Assembly: GCF_000018305.1 (NCBI RefSeq)
Contig: NC_009954.1
Span: 270,001 to 302,000, forward strand
Length of the DNA: 32,000 bases
Direction: 5' to 3'
Source: Caldivirga maquilingensis IC-167
GTDB lineage: Archaea; Thermoproteota; Thermoprotei; Thermoproteales; Thermocladiaceae
Shown: in pieces, positions 8,548 through 16,891 of the stretch
How the letters are laid out: each line of letters begins with the position of its first letter
How positions within the stretch are numbered: the first letter of the stretch is position 1
Made by a program: the position numbers and the translations under genes
Notes under the pieces: generated by a model
Told to the model about the DNA's origin: nothing
The model's input: the letters and a program-made list of their open reading frames with translations, nothing else
The model's database searches: none

Positions 8548-9462
8548 ATGCTCAGATTCATACCAAGGGAGCAGTTAATGCAAATGATTAATTACAGTGA
8601 GTTAGTTGAAACAGTGAGGGATGCCTTAATTAAACTACATAAAGGGCAGGGTGAATTACCGCCTAGGTTCAGTGCAAGCATTAGGGGTAATTGGTGGGGT
8701 TTAATGCTTGGTTACGTTGAGGGAATGGGGATTGGTGTTAAGGTTGTTAACCTATACCCCGGTAATGCTGCTAAGGGTATTGAGACAATACATGGAGTCG
8801 TCATACTGTTTAATGAAACTGACGGCACACCCCTCTTAGCAATGGATGGCTCATCATTAACTGGATTAAGGACAGCGGCCGCATCAGCCTTAAGCATAAT
8901 GGCTACAGACGCCTCCACTGATGTGCTTGGCTTCATTGGTACTGGGGAGCAAGCCAGGTACCATGCCTTAGTGTTTTCAAGATTATTTAAGGTGAGGGAG
9001 GTATACGCCACCAGTAGGGGGTTGGGTAGGTTAATGGGATTCATTAATTATGTTCAGGAATTAGGCATTAAGGCTCATGCAGCCGCCAACGTGGAGGAGG
9101 TTATTGATGAATGCGGCACCGTGGTTATTGCAACAACCTCAACATCACCCGTATTAACCATTAAACCAAGGCCTGGCTCACACGTAGTATCCATTGGGGC
9201 ACCTAAACCAGTAAATGAGGTTAGCAGGCCTATTCTAGAAGGCGCCTCATGCATACTCGCCGATAATAGGGAGGCAGTGCTTAATGAGGCTGGGGAGGAC
9301 TTCACGGGCCTGAGGCTAATGGATCTCTCCGAGGTGCTTTCAGGTGATGCAAAGTGCGTGAGGGGTAATGGGTATACTGTCTATAAGTCTGTGGGATTCT
9401 CAACACTTGACGTTGCAGCCGCCTACTACGTGTATAGTGTCTACACTAAGGGTAGTGTGTGA
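8548..9462 (+). CDS. Ornithine cyclodeaminase / mu-crystallin family NAD(P)-dependent enzyme (archaeal alanine-dehydrogenase-type)
   Basis: 304-aa ORF. 'DGSSLTGLRTAAASALS', Rossmann 'LGFIGTGEQARYH' and 'VVSIGA' are typical of the OCD/mu-crystallin family. Confidence 0.85.
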   Translation: MLRFIPREQLMQMINYSELVETVRDALIKLHKGQGELPPRFSASIRGNWWGLMLGYVEGMGIGVKVVNLYPGNAAKGIETIHGVVILFNETDGTPLLAMDGSSLTGLRTAAASALSIMATDASTDVLGFIGTGEQARYHALVFSRLFKVREVYATSRGLGRLMGFINYVQELGIKAHAAANVEEVIDECGTVVIATTSTSPVLTIKPRPGSHVVSIGAPKPVNEVSRPILEGASCILADNREAVLNEAGEDFTGLRLMDLSEVLSGDAKCVRGNGYTVYKSVGFSTLDVAAAYYVYSVYTKGSV

Positions 9463-9468
9463 TTACCT

Positions 9469-10032
9469 ATGTTGAGGCGTGGGGTTGGTGCATTAATCTA
9501 CTGCAGTGCCCGTAAAAGGGTGAGTGTACCTAATCCGCCTGGGTTTGATATTGAGAATGAGGATAAGTATAGGTTAAGCCTACCCTCATTACCTGCATTT
9601 GAAATGTACACTGGCCTTGAGTTCACTAAGACGATTCAATACCTTAACCTTAAACCAGACTCAGTATTCATCCTCTCCGCCAGATACGGCTTAATACGTG
9701 GGGATCAGGTTATAGTACCTTATGAGGCAAGATTAACCTTAAGCAACTACAGGGCTGTGGTTGATAACTGGATTAAGAGAATGAATGGTAATAGGGGGGT
9801 TGATTACTTCATTAATACTAGGTTTAACCTACTTGTGGTTAGGTTATCTAAACCCTACATGTTGGCTATGGATCACTTAACCAGTAAACTGGGCATTAAC
9901 CCATGCGTTGGTGATAGGATAATGGTGTATTCACCAATACTAGGTCCATTTAACACATGCCCCAATGCCGAGTTAATTAGGGTTAAGGGGCAGGGTGACT
10001 ACGTTAAGAGGATTAGGAATCTGCAGCATTAG
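9469..10032 (+). CDS. Uncharacterised protein with YaaA(DUF328)/DUF6884-like motifs
   Basis: 187-aa ORF, 6 nt after the OCD gene. 'LIYCSARK', 'FEMYTGLEF' and 'ILSARYGLIRGDQVIVPYEARL' resemble the (D)VYTGL ... LSGLYGxLRPxDxxxPYRLEM pattern of YaaA-like proteins. The family assignment is tentative. Confidence 0.4.
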   Translation: MLRRGVGALIYCSARKRVSVPNPPGFDIENEDKYRLSLPSLPAFEMYTGLEFTKTIQYLNLKPDSVFILSARYGLIRGDQVIVPYEARLTLSNYRAVVDNWIKRMNGNRGVDYFINTRFNLLVVRLSKPYMLAMDHLTSKLGINPCVGDRIMVYSPILGPFNTCPNAELIRVKGQGDYVKRIRNLQH

Positions 10033-10165
10033 GATATTAACTCTATGAGTTAATAATATACCCTTAAGCGCCGCGCCATCAGATGCTAAGGCAAATTATG
10101 GTATTCTCAATGCACCTCCTCCATTCTCTCAAGCTTAATTCCACAGCAGGCTAATTAATGAACCC

Positions 10166-10173
10166 ATAAAAGA
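10166..10173 (+). promoter_or_regulatory. TATA-like box upstream of the GC-rich RNA locus
   Basis: ATAAAAGA lies about 25 nt upstream of where GC-rich sequence begins (about 10195). Confidence 0.4.
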
Positions 10174-10195
10174 GATGCATGGAGCTAAGGTCTGA

Positions 10196-10446
10196 CCTCC
10201 TCCTCGTCCTTTAGGGTGGGGGTTTGTGGCTACATCCCGGGCTCTTGCCTGGTTCAGCCACTGGCTGGGTCTCCGGCCCAATTACCCCTATCCCTCCCGT
10301 GAGGGAGGGAATTGGGGTTATGTGTTCGGCGTGGGGGCGTTGGGTGATGCTCAACACAGCTTTATCCCACGTTTGGAAGCAGCCCCCACACCTACCCCTA
10401 GAATACACCAGAGCACTTTCTTACCATCCCCACCATAAATGACGAG
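10196..10446 (+). ncRNA. Unassigned GC-rich structured RNA (candidates: reduced RNase P RNA, atypical SRP RNA, or a new family); boundaries approximate
   Basis: A hand count gives 131 G+C in 230 nt (10211-10440, about 57%) versus AT-richer flanks. The only ORFs are three overlapping junk-like frames on both strands. There are multiple nested helices, including a GUGA (GNRA) tetraloop hairpin at 10285-10317. G-U pairs exist only when the locus is read on the + strand. Confidence 0.55.
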
Positions 10447-10497
10447 ACTTTCAGTTGTAAAACCCTACATTATTATGTATAAGAATAGGGATTTAAC

Positions 10498-10782
10498 TTA
10501 ACCACCATCTATTGGTGGTAGGAGAACTACTTCGTCACCATCCTTTAATACCGTGTCTAAGCCCTTAACGTAGTCTATGGCTCTTCCATTAACTAGAATA
10601 TTATAACCCTCTCTCAATCCACTATCATCACTAAGCAGTGTCTTTGAAATATTGGGGTTAACCTTCTCATCAATTATTTTCAATAAATCCCTTACACTTA
10701 TCCCATCAGGTACATTAAGCTCCATTCTAAGCGTCTTAGCCATTTCATAGAATAACGCCAGGAACTTAACAGTAACCTTCAT
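10498..10782 (-). CDS. MoaD/ThiS-family ubiquitin-like small protein with C-terminal Gly-Gly (SAMP/Urm1-like candidate)
   Basis: 94-aa ORF ending '...DGDEVVLLPPIDGG*', with the typical beta-grasp MoaD layout (MKVTVKFLALF...NGRAIDY...DGDEV..PP..GG). Confidence 0.8.
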   Translation of the reverse strand: MKVTVKFLALFYEMAKTLRMELNVPDGISVRDLLKIIDEKVNPNISKTLLSDDSGLREGYNILVNGRAIDYVKGLDTVLKDGDEVVLLPPIDGG

Positions 10783-10800
10783 TAATACAAAACACGCCTA

Positions 10801-10831
10801 GTGCACTAATAAATCTTTTGCATTAGTTCAC
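10801..10831. promoter_or_regulatory. Imperfect palindrome bracketing the putative TATA box of the MoaD-like gene
   Basis: GTGCACTAAT (10801-10810) - 11 nt - ATTAGTTCAC (10822-10831); 9 of 10 positions are complementary. On the minus strand TTTATTA falls within or next to the spacer, about 27 nt upstream of the ATG at 10782. Confidence 0.35.
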
Positions 10832-11216
10832 TAAACTACGAGACTTCACCTTATTAACGCCTAGATCCGTATTACTTCGAAGACCCATTCCTTCGCACAT
10901 ACGGTATTATTACTAAGCCTGAGTCATTTATATATGATTTAGCATGTGTTTAAGACCTTATGATCCTCTTCCTTACCTTAAAGGGGTGGGTTACTTTGGG
11001 AATTCTATACGTTAGCCCCCTTGATGCGGGTTTAATCGCCTACTGGTTCACTTGAACATGGCCTTGTTTAGTTAACACTAACTAAGATTATTAACCCTAC
11101 ATATGATGCCTAAACAAGGGAGGTATCATAAGGGATGGGTCTTTAAGTATATAAGGTGATTACCTAGATTAGTGCAGTGGTATTAATGTTAAAAACACTA
11201 ATGCATCCTCCCCATT

Positions 11217-12374
11217 ATGAGTGTGGTTAAGCCTGATTACAGTGGAGGGAGTTTGCTTAACTTATCATCATCCATATGCGACTTCCTGGGTGTTAAGAAT
11301 CAGCACCCGAGGCTAAGGAGTATTGATGGTGTTCAGGGTAGGAGGATACTGCTGCTTCTCATCGATGGTTTAGGTTATGTCCATTTAAAGCGATACTGCA
11401 GTAATTGTGAGGAGGCTAAGTGGCTTGGTAATGTTGAGGAGTTAACTAGTGTATTTCCATCAGTGACCTCAACAGTCTTAACAACATTATCAATGGGAGT
11501 ACCCCCTGGGGTTCATGGTGTATTGGGCACGGTCATGTATGTTAAGGAGGCTGGTAGCTTGGTTAATACTTTAACAATGGGTTTAATGCCTGATGGGAGG
11601 AGGGGGGAGTTGAGGGATATTGGCTATGACCCTAGGGTTATCTTCTACGGTGGCTCAACAATATTTGAGGAGGCTAAGTTAAATGGATATAATTCACTGG
11701 TTATTACCCCAAAGGGTATAAGCGGGGGCTTATCAGACTTAATATACAGGGGTACTGAGGTTAAGGAGTACGTGAGCGTTTACGATGCCTTAGTACTAGC
11801 CTCCAGGGCCCTTGAGAATAACACCCTCGTGTACGTTTACATACCCACCCTGGATTCGATTCAACATGAGTATGGCCCAGAGTCCGAGGAGTATAGGGTT
11901 GCCTTAATTGAGCTACTGAATACACTAGGTAGGTTAATTAGGCATCTGCCTCAATCAACTACAGTAGTGTTAACTGCTGATCATGGTCAAGTCCAGGTTG
12001 GTCAGGGTGATGTAGTGAACTTAAGGGTAATGACTAGGTTACTGGATTCATTGTCAGTGGCGCCTTACGGTGAACCAAGGGCTCTTCAACTCAAGTTAAG
12101 TGACAAGTCACTTAAGAATGAGGTTAAGGATGCCTTATCCTCAATGGGTAGGAAGCTACTTATTTACGATTCAAGTGAAGTTAAGGAACTATTGGGTGGG
12201 GTTACTGAGTACACTGAACAGAGGATGGGTGACCTATGGGTTATACCACTCGACACCACTGCCTTAATCTACCTGTATAGGCTTAATGATGATAAGGTGG
12301 CTAAGTTTAAAGGTCATCACGCTGGTTTACTTGATTACGAAATGAAGGTTCCCTTATCCATAATAAACCTTTAA
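11217..12374 (+). CDS. Alkaline-phosphatase-superfamily metalloenzyme (type I phosphodiesterase / nucleotide pyrophosphatase-like)
   Basis: 385-aa ORF. 'LLLLIDGLGY', 'FPSVTSTVLTTLSMGVPPGVHGV' (Thr nucleophile region), 'DSIQHEYGP' and 'LTADHGQV' match AP-superfamily metal and nucleophile motifs. Confidence 0.7.
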   Translation: MSVVKPDYSGGSLLNLSSSICDFLGVKNQHPRLRSIDGVQGRRILLLLIDGLGYVHLKRYCSNCEEAKWLGNVEELTSVFPSVTSTVLTTLSMGVPPGVHGVLGTVMYVKEAGSLVNTLTMGLMPDGRRGELRDIGYDPRVIFYGGSTIFEEAKLNGYNSLVITPKGISGGLSDLIYRGTEVKEYVSVYDALVLASRALENNTLVYVYIPTLDSIQHEYGPESEEYRVALIELLNTLGRLIRHLPQSTTVVLTADHGQVQVGQGDVVNLRVMTRLLDSLSVAPYGEPRALQLKLSDKSLKNEVKDALSSMGRKLLIYDSSEVKELLGGVTEYTEQRMGDLWVIPLDTTALIYLYRLNDDKVAKFKGHHAGLLDYEMKVPLSIINL

Positions 12375-12379
12375 GTCAA

Positions 12380-12823
12380 CTACGCTTGATCCTGGGGCTC
12401 CTCCTGGGCCTGGGCCTGCTGCTCCTGCCACTGCTCCACTATGTCGTAACCGTATATTGCCTTAAACATCTCCCTACCAAGTGGCGTCATCCTGAGGGGT
12501 GTCCACGGTGGATCGAAGACTACGTCAATATCGATATCTGATGCATCAGGCACGGCAGCCTGTATGGCTTCCCCAACCCTGTAGCCTAAGTCCTGGGAGA
12601 GTGGGCAACCCACGGCTGTTAGGGTCATTTTAACCTTAAGCTTATTCCCATCCTCAAGCGTAATATCGTATATTAGGCCTAGGTCATATACGTTAATCGG
12701 TATTTCAGGATCATAAACATCCCTAAGAGCCTCCACTATCCTCTTAACCTTCTCCGGAGGTAGATTAGTGGTGAAGTTAACCTCCTCATCAACATTAACG
12801 TTACTATTACTCATGACACTCAC
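12380..12823 (-). CDS. DUF59 (SufT/MIP18-type) Fe-S cluster assembly-related protein with Q/E/A-rich C-terminal tail
   Basis: 'ALRDVYDPEIPINVYDLGLIYDI' and 'LTAVGCPLS' are DUF59 hallmarks. The last 18 residues, EQWQEQQAQAQEEPQDQA, are low-complexity. Confidence 0.8.
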   Translation of the reverse strand: MSVMSNSNVNVDEEVNFTTNLPPEKVKRIVEALRDVYDPEIPINVYDLGLIYDITLEDGNKLKVKMTLTAVGCPLSQDLGYRVGEAIQAAVPDASDIDIDVVFDPPWTPLRMTPLGREMFKAIYGYDIVEQWQEQQAQAQEEPQDQA

Positions 12824-12999
12824 CTACAATATGCCATTAGTGTCACGTGTTTAAAAACCTTCCGGCATAGGCAAGCCACACTTAATCACGTAACTCACCC
12901 CCAGTGAAGACTACATGAGAAAGTGTTCAAGTCAAAAATATGAAATTAACATGAGGTAATGCTAATTTTATGACCTATTAGGCTTTATAGATATTGATA

Positions 13000-14472
13000 A
13001 TGCCAACCCTATTCATGTCACTTGGAAAATATGAGAATTTCCCACCAACTGATGCTGAATTCGAGGATCCGCCAAGGGCTAGTAAATACGATGTAGTAGT
13101 GATTGGTGGTGGGGGCGGTGGGTATCATGGTGCCTTTGAGTTAAGTAAAGGTGGTTACAGTGTATTGCTTGTGGATGATAAGGGTAACCTGGGTGGTAAT
13201 TGCCTATATGAGGGCTGTATACCATCTAAGGCTGTCTCAGTGTCCCTTTACCTACTTGAGAAGTTAAGGGGTATATTAAGCTCAGTGGGTAATAATGATG
13301 CTGAGAAGGTTAGGCTACTTTGGGAGAATTTAATAGATCATAAGGATAATGTACAGTACCTCAGGTATCTTCAACACATTAGGGAGATTAAGGAGCATGG
13401 TAATGTTGACTTCGTTAAGGGTATTGCTAGAGTTATCGATAATCATAGGGTAATCGTTGAGTCAATAGACGGCTCCTGGAGAAGGGAGGTGGAGGGAAGA
13501 TACCTACTTGTGGCCACAGGTTCATTACCAATAAAAATACCCGTACCTGGCGCCGACCTGACCCTCGGTAGCCAGGAGTTATTCGGGTATAGGACTAAGT
13601 TAAGGAGAATCCCCAGTGACGTAGTCGTGATAGGTGGAGGCTACATAGGTGTTGAGGTAGCCTCAGTGTTAAGTGGCCTTGGTGTTAAGACCACTATAGT
13701 TGAGATGCTGCCCAGGATATTAAGCGGCTGGGATTCAGGCATAGTGTCTATGATTGAGGAGAAGTTGAGGAGTAGGGGTGTCGCAATATTAACTAACTCA
13801 AGGGTAACAGGCATTAAGGAGGAGGGTGGGCAGAAGATTGTTGAGTACAGTAGACCTGATGGGAGTGTAGGTTACGTAACCGGTTCAGAGGTTATAATGG
13901 CTGTTGGTAGGAGGGCTAACGTTGAGGACCTTAGTCAACTGGGTATTGTTGATAGGAATCACGTTGACGTTAACAGCGCCATGGCGACTAAGGTACCTAA
14001 CGTGTACGCCGCAGGTGATGTAATAGGAAGGTACATGCTCTACCACGCCGCTGTGAAGGAGTCTGTGGTGGCTTCATGGAACATAATGATGGGTAGACAA
14101 ATCTTCGAGGTTAACTTCAACACAATACCCATGACAATATTCACCGAACCTGAGGCAGCAATGGTTGGTTTAAGTGAGGAGGCTGCTAAGGCTAGGGGCA
14201 TTAACTATACTGTTGTCCAGTACCCGCTTAGCGATGACTCATACGCACAGATCATAGGGGTGAGGGATGGCTGGGTTAAGTTAATTATTGAGAAGGAGAC
14301 CCAGAGGATTATTGGTGGGGTTATTTACGGTGAGGCCGCCTCAATGATGATTAATGAAGTGGCGTTGGCAATAGCCGTTAACGCCAGGGTGAAGGACATT
14401 GCCCTACTAGCCCATGCTCACCCAACTATCTTTGAGTCAATAGATAGGGCTGCCATTAGGTACAGCCTATAA
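13000..14472 (+). CDS. Class I pyridine-nucleotide-disulfide oxidoreductase, dihydrolipoamide-dehydrogenase (E3)-like
   Basis: It has FAD fold 'DVVVIGGGGGGYHGA', redox disulfide 'GGNCLYEGCIPSK', NAD fold 'VVVIGGGYIGVE', and the C-terminal 'HAHPTIFES' interface motif. The ORF-track start is TTG at 12994; the first ATG is at 13000. Confidence 0.8.
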   Translation: MPTLFMSLGKYENFPPTDAEFEDPPRASKYDVVVIGGGGGGYHGAFELSKGGYSVLLVDDKGNLGGNCLYEGCIPSKAVSVSLYLLEKLRGILSSVGNNDAEKVRLLWENLIDHKDNVQYLRYLQHIREIKEHGNVDFVKGIARVIDNHRVIVESIDGSWRREVEGRYLLVATGSLPIKIPVPGADLTLGSQELFGYRTKLRRIPSDVVVIGGGYIGVEVASVLSGLGVKTTIVEMLPRILSGWDSGIVSMIEEKLRSRGVAILTNSRVTGIKEEGGQKIVEYSRPDGSVGYVTGSEVIMAVGRRANVEDLSQLGIVDRNHVDVNSAMATKVPNVYAAGDVIGRYMLYHAAVKESVVASWNIMMGRQIFEVNFNTIPMTIFTEPEAAMVGLSEEAAKARGINYTVVQYPLSDDSYAQIIGVRDGWVKLIIEKETQRIIGGVIYGEAASMMINEVALAIAVNARVKDIALLAHAHPTIFESIDRAAIRYSL

Positions 14473-14480
14473 TTGCGTAC

Positions 14481-15332
14481 TCAATGCCCTGAATTTAAGT
14501 ACCTTGAATGCAGTATTATGGGTTTATTAAACTCAACGTTAAGCATCCTTTGAAGCGGCTTACACTTAACCTTGAGTAGGAATAATGAATTGGGATGCCT
14601 TATACCAGACTCCAGGTAAGCCTCAAAATTACCCACACCCTTTGATATCACTAAGTCAGACTTCTTAATGTAATTATCGTAGATTGCATCACTCAGGAAA
14701 GCTGGGTAACGGTTACCTGTGTTAACAATGTTGACGTTACTGTCCTTAATCATTCCCCTAACGTAATCATAGGTTACGTCGGTTTCATATGGCTTAAGCC
14801 TAGTTACAACAGTCACCCTTGAATGGGTGGCTAGCTTACTAATTAATACACTATCCACAGCGAATTCACCTGCATTATCAACAACATACGTAACCTCCCT
14901 GGCACTCCTCATTATATTTGATAATTCATCCTCATTAATGCCTAACCATATTGGCTCCTCATTAATACTACGTATAAGCATGTCCTCATTAAACGTGTAA
15001 TTAAACATCGGTACATCAACTGAGTTAGCGGCTGCAGCCACCTTAATCAACTCAACCTCACTGGCATTAATAATCCTAGGCACAATTACCTCCCTGGCTA
15101 TCTTCTCATAACGATCCTTCTCACTGACGTAAGGGTCCTCTGAACCAACTATACTTGATAACTCCTCGAAGGAGTTAGCAAATGTCCTAGACCTACCGAG
15201 AGGTAGGTCATTAGCTATCCTCACTATTATCCTCCTAACTGATTCAGGATCAGACCTATTAAACTTCTTTAACTCACTAAGCCTAGACGTTAAGGCGCAT
15301 AAGGTGCATTCTGCATAGTCTATATACTGCAC
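14481..15332 (-). CDS. DUF89-family (ARMT1-like damage-control phosphatase) protein
   Basis: 283-aa ORF. 'YVVDNAGEFAVDSVLI' and 'ISKGVGNFEAY' match the DUF89 DNAGE...D and KG..N(Y/F)E motifs, with an N-terminal 'CTLCAL'. Confidence 0.7.
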   Translation of the reverse strand: MQYIDYAECTLCALTSRLSELKKFNRSDPESVRRIIVRIANDLPLGRSRTFANSFEELSSIVGSEDPYVSEKDRYEKIAREVIVPRIINASEVELIKVAAAANSVDVPMFNYTFNEDMLIRSINEEPIWLGINEDELSNIMRSAREVTYVVDNAGEFAVDSVLISKLATHSRVTVVTRLKPYETDVTYDYVRGMIKDSNVNIVNTGNRYPAFLSDAIYDNYIKKSDLVISKGVGNFEAYLESGIRHPNSLFLLKVKCKPLQRMLNVEFNKPIILHSRYLNSGH

Positions 15333-15386
15333 AATGAGGGTTAGGGAGGTAACCTAAATAAAGATTACCTAAGTTACTCACCGCCA

Positions 15387-16838
15387 GTGAAGAAAAGCAT
15401 CTACATTCTAGCCACACAGTCCAACAGCGGGAAGACAATACTAGTCACGGCACTACTTAGGTTGGTAAATAGGAGGAGTAGAGTGGCCTCACCCTTTAAG
15501 GCCCAGAACATGAGCCTAAATAGTTACCCGGCGTTAAACGGTGGTGAAATAGCCCTAGCCCAGGCAATGCAGGCCTACGCCTCTGGTCTTGAGCCATTAG
15601 TTGAAATGAATCCAATACTCCTAAAACCCATTGGAGACATGGCCAGTGAGGTTATCGTAATGGGTAGGCCAGTGGGTTTAATGGAGTACCGTGAATACAG
15701 TAGGAATCCACTGGATAAGTGGAGAATAATTAGGGTGGCATTGGGTAGGTTAATGACTTTAACCAACGGCTTAATTATCGGTGAGGGTGCTGGGAGTGCG
15801 TATGAACCAAACATTACCAATGATGTGGCTAACTTCAGGCCTGCTGATTACCTTAATGCAGATGTATACGTTGCACTGGATATAAGTAGGGGTGGAGCCT
15901 TCACGAGCGCCCTTGGGTTATATAATTCAGTACCGGTTAAGTGGAGGGAGTTGATTAAGGGATTCATTATTAATAGGTTTAGGGGTGATTCAAGGATACT
16001 TAATGATGCTGTTAAGTGGCTTGAGGAGAAGACTGGTAGAAGGGTTGTTGGTGTGATTCCTGAGATTAATGAGGCTCATTACCTATGGCCTGAGGATTCA
16101 GAGGCCATGGTTGATTTCGGTAATGGGTCAATTGACGTGGCCGTGGTTTCATACCCTGGAATATCGAATTTCCATGAATTCAACGTATTAGCCATGGAGG
16201 ATGTACACGTTAGGTTCGTTAAATGGCCTGACTCCCTGGGTGAACCAGACTTACTCGTGCTACCTGGTGCCAAGAACACTGCATTAGCCATGGATTGGCT
16301 TAGGAGAAGTGGGCTTGATCGTAAGATAGTTAAGATGGCTGGTTCAACACCCATATTAGCCATATGCGGTGGCTTCCAACTACTCACTGAGTACATGAGT
16401 GACCCAACTGGTGTTGAGTTCGGTAACCCAGGTCACGTTAAGGGGCTTGGGTTAATTAAGGCTAGGGTGGTTTACCGTGAGGATAAGATCGTGGCCCACA
16501 GTAAGGCTATGCTTAATACTCTTCCCGAGAAGCCCATTAGGGGGTATGAGATACGTAGGGGTAGGTTAACGTATAATGGTGATGAACCAGGCATGATTAT
16601 TATTGAGAGGAATAGTAACCCAGTGAATGAGCCTGACGGCTACTTTAATGAGGATAGGAGAATCTTCGCAACAAGCCTACATGATGTTTTAAGCAACCCT
16701 GAGGTTAGAGGCATTGTTTTAACCATGGCTAAGGGAAGCAGGGTAACAACCAGTGAGTACACGTCAATTAGCGCACTGCTTCACTGGATTGATGAGTTAG
16801 CCGCAGTTATTAACAGTAACTTAACCATTGACCTATAA
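15387..16838 (+). CDS. cobQ: Cobyric acid synthase (CobQ/CbiP)
   Basis: 483-aa ORF with a GTG start. It has the N-terminal 'ATQSNSGKT', 'PFKAQNMSLNSY', and a C-terminal glutamine-amidotransferase domain with 'ILAICGGFQLL'. Confidence 0.9.
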   Translation: MKKSIYILATQSNSGKTILVTALLRLVNRRSRVASPFKAQNMSLNSYPALNGGEIALAQAMQAYASGLEPLVEMNPILLKPIGDMASEVIVMGRPVGLMEYREYSRNPLDKWRIIRVALGRLMTLTNGLIIGEGAGSAYEPNITNDVANFRPADYLNADVYVALDISRGGAFTSALGLYNSVPVKWRELIKGFIINRFRGDSRILNDAVKWLEEKTGRRVVGVIPEINEAHYLWPEDSEAMVDFGNGSIDVAVVSYPGISNFHEFNVLAMEDVHVRFVKWPDSLGEPDLLVLPGAKNTALAMDWLRRSGLDRKIVKMAGSTPILAICGGFQLLTEYMSDPTGVEFGNPGHVKGLGLIKARVVYREDKIVAHSKAMLNTLPEKPIRGYEIRRGRLTYNGDEPGMIIIERNSNPVNEPDGYFNEDRRIFATSLHDVLSNPEVRGIVLTMAKGSRVTTSEYTSISALLHWIDELAAVINSNLTIDL

Positions 16839-16891
16839 TTCATTAGTCCAAGCCTCAATACTATTTTAAGGGTAACGCAATAAGTTAATTC

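Noticed and set aside
10375-10384. Calling the GC-rich locus SRP (7S) RNA because of GGAAGCAGCC, which resembles the helix-8 3' strand
   Set aside because: The adjacent tetraloop would be CGUU, not GNAR, and the conserved 5' AGG side is absent. The other tetraloop is GUGA (GNRA, not GNAR). The helical core spans only about 220 nt, against about 300 nt for archaeal SRP RNA. SRP is kept only as a hypothesis to test.
10411-10420. Minus-strand reading GAAAGUGCUC as RNase P CR-I, with a possible P4 partner AGAGCC and a bulged U
   Set aside because: It requires the minus strand, where two hairpins acquire A-C mismatches and the GNRA loop is lost. No P3 hairpin precedes it, and the attempted P5/P15 pairings were not nested. 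This is not sufficient for a call.
10215-10435. tRNA-like reading (7-bp terminal helix GGUGGGG/CCCCACC followed by an unpaired A), possibly a tRNA with giant introns
   Set aside because: There is no T-arm (GTTCRA) or D-arm consensus next to the terminal helix, and no plausible anticodon arm or bulge-helix-bulge motifs could be drawn.
10211-10442. Three overlapping ORFs (65, 72 and 70 aa) on both strands, considered as protein genes
   Set aside because: They overlap each other almost completely on both strands. Their translations are P/G/W-rich and low-complexity, and the DNA folds into GC-rich hairpins. They are better explained as an RNA gene.
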